A stretch of 64,000 nt of DNA, taken from NCBI GenBank assembly GCA_963842305.1, contig CAWJFW010000006.1, positions 7,722 through 71,721 on the forward strand, written 5' to 3'. The notes under the pieces are model-generated. The model was not told the origin of the DNA and made no database searches. It saw only the letters and a list, made by a program, of their open reading frames with translations. Position 1 is the stretch's first letter, and the number at the start of each line of letters is the position of its first letter. Position numbers and translations under genes: made by a program. Below are positions 63,856 through 64,000 of the stretch, piece by piece. This DNA is from an uncultured Actinomycetes bacterium (lineage in GTDB: Bacteria; Actinomycetota; Thermoleophilia; Gaiellales; Gaiellaceae).

Positions 63856-64000
63856 CTCCTCCCCTTCGTTCCGCTAGTCACAAGAACGTCGCAAAGGGGC
63901 TCGCGATTCCCGAGGTGGCCCGGAACCCGTTGGGCGCGATGCTCTGGCATGGTTTCCCGGTGCCCGCGGATGACGCGCTCGACCGGCTCTACGGCCTCCC

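Noticed and set aside
63915-64000. A plus-strand partial ORF at the right edge (GTG 63915, VARNPLGAMLWHGFPVPADDALDRLYGL..).
   Set aside because: Only about 28 codons are visible and there is no recognisable motif, which is too little to call.

Overview
High-GC (about 70% by eye) chromosomal segment. Gene content suggests an actinobacterial genome, possibly Thermoleophilia/Rubrobacteria-like, but I cannot assign the taxon from sequence alone. About 70 protein genes are densely packed on both strands, many translationally coupled through 1-4 nt overlaps (ATGA, GTGA, TAGTG). There are four tRNAs (Ala-CGC, Ser-UGA, Ser-GCU, Ser-CGA). I saw no rRNA, CRISPR array, transposase or integrase. Recognisable content: serS, trkA, fabF, queF, htpX, pspA, an RpoD-family sigma factor, split NHEJ ligase and polymerase genes, two class III nucleotide cyclases (one fused to a STAND ATPase and TPR), an animal-type heme peroxidase, an S8 protease, three MFS transporters, a TMEM175-type channel and many small ferredoxin-fold or hypothetical proteins. 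Many long ORFs in the supplied track are antisense or off-frame shadows typical of high-GC DNA and are not reported. Main observations: (1) an AhpD-like gene is interrupted by one in-frame TGA at the second Cys of its CxxC motif, making it a candidate selenoprotein or a nonsense pseudogene; (2) a complete tRNA-Ser(UGA) and a decayed copy of its 3' half plus trailer flank a lower-GC 1.8 kb islet carrying only an efflux-type MFS gene; (3) a PspA-PspAA pair lies convergent with an HtpX-PspAB-small membrane protein-DUF457 operon; (4) an RnfD/NqrB-like membrane domain is fused to an FG-GAP/ASPIC propeller; (5) a near-consensus Gram-positive SOS box sits in the 51-bp divergent region between an Rv2578c-type radical SAM gene and the cyclase-STAND-TPR gene; (6) trkH carries two frameshifts and a cupredoxin lipoprotein gene carries one. 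These lesions mean assembly error or gene decay must be considered for every disruption, including the TGA. All family assignments come from motif recognition by eye; no searches were run.
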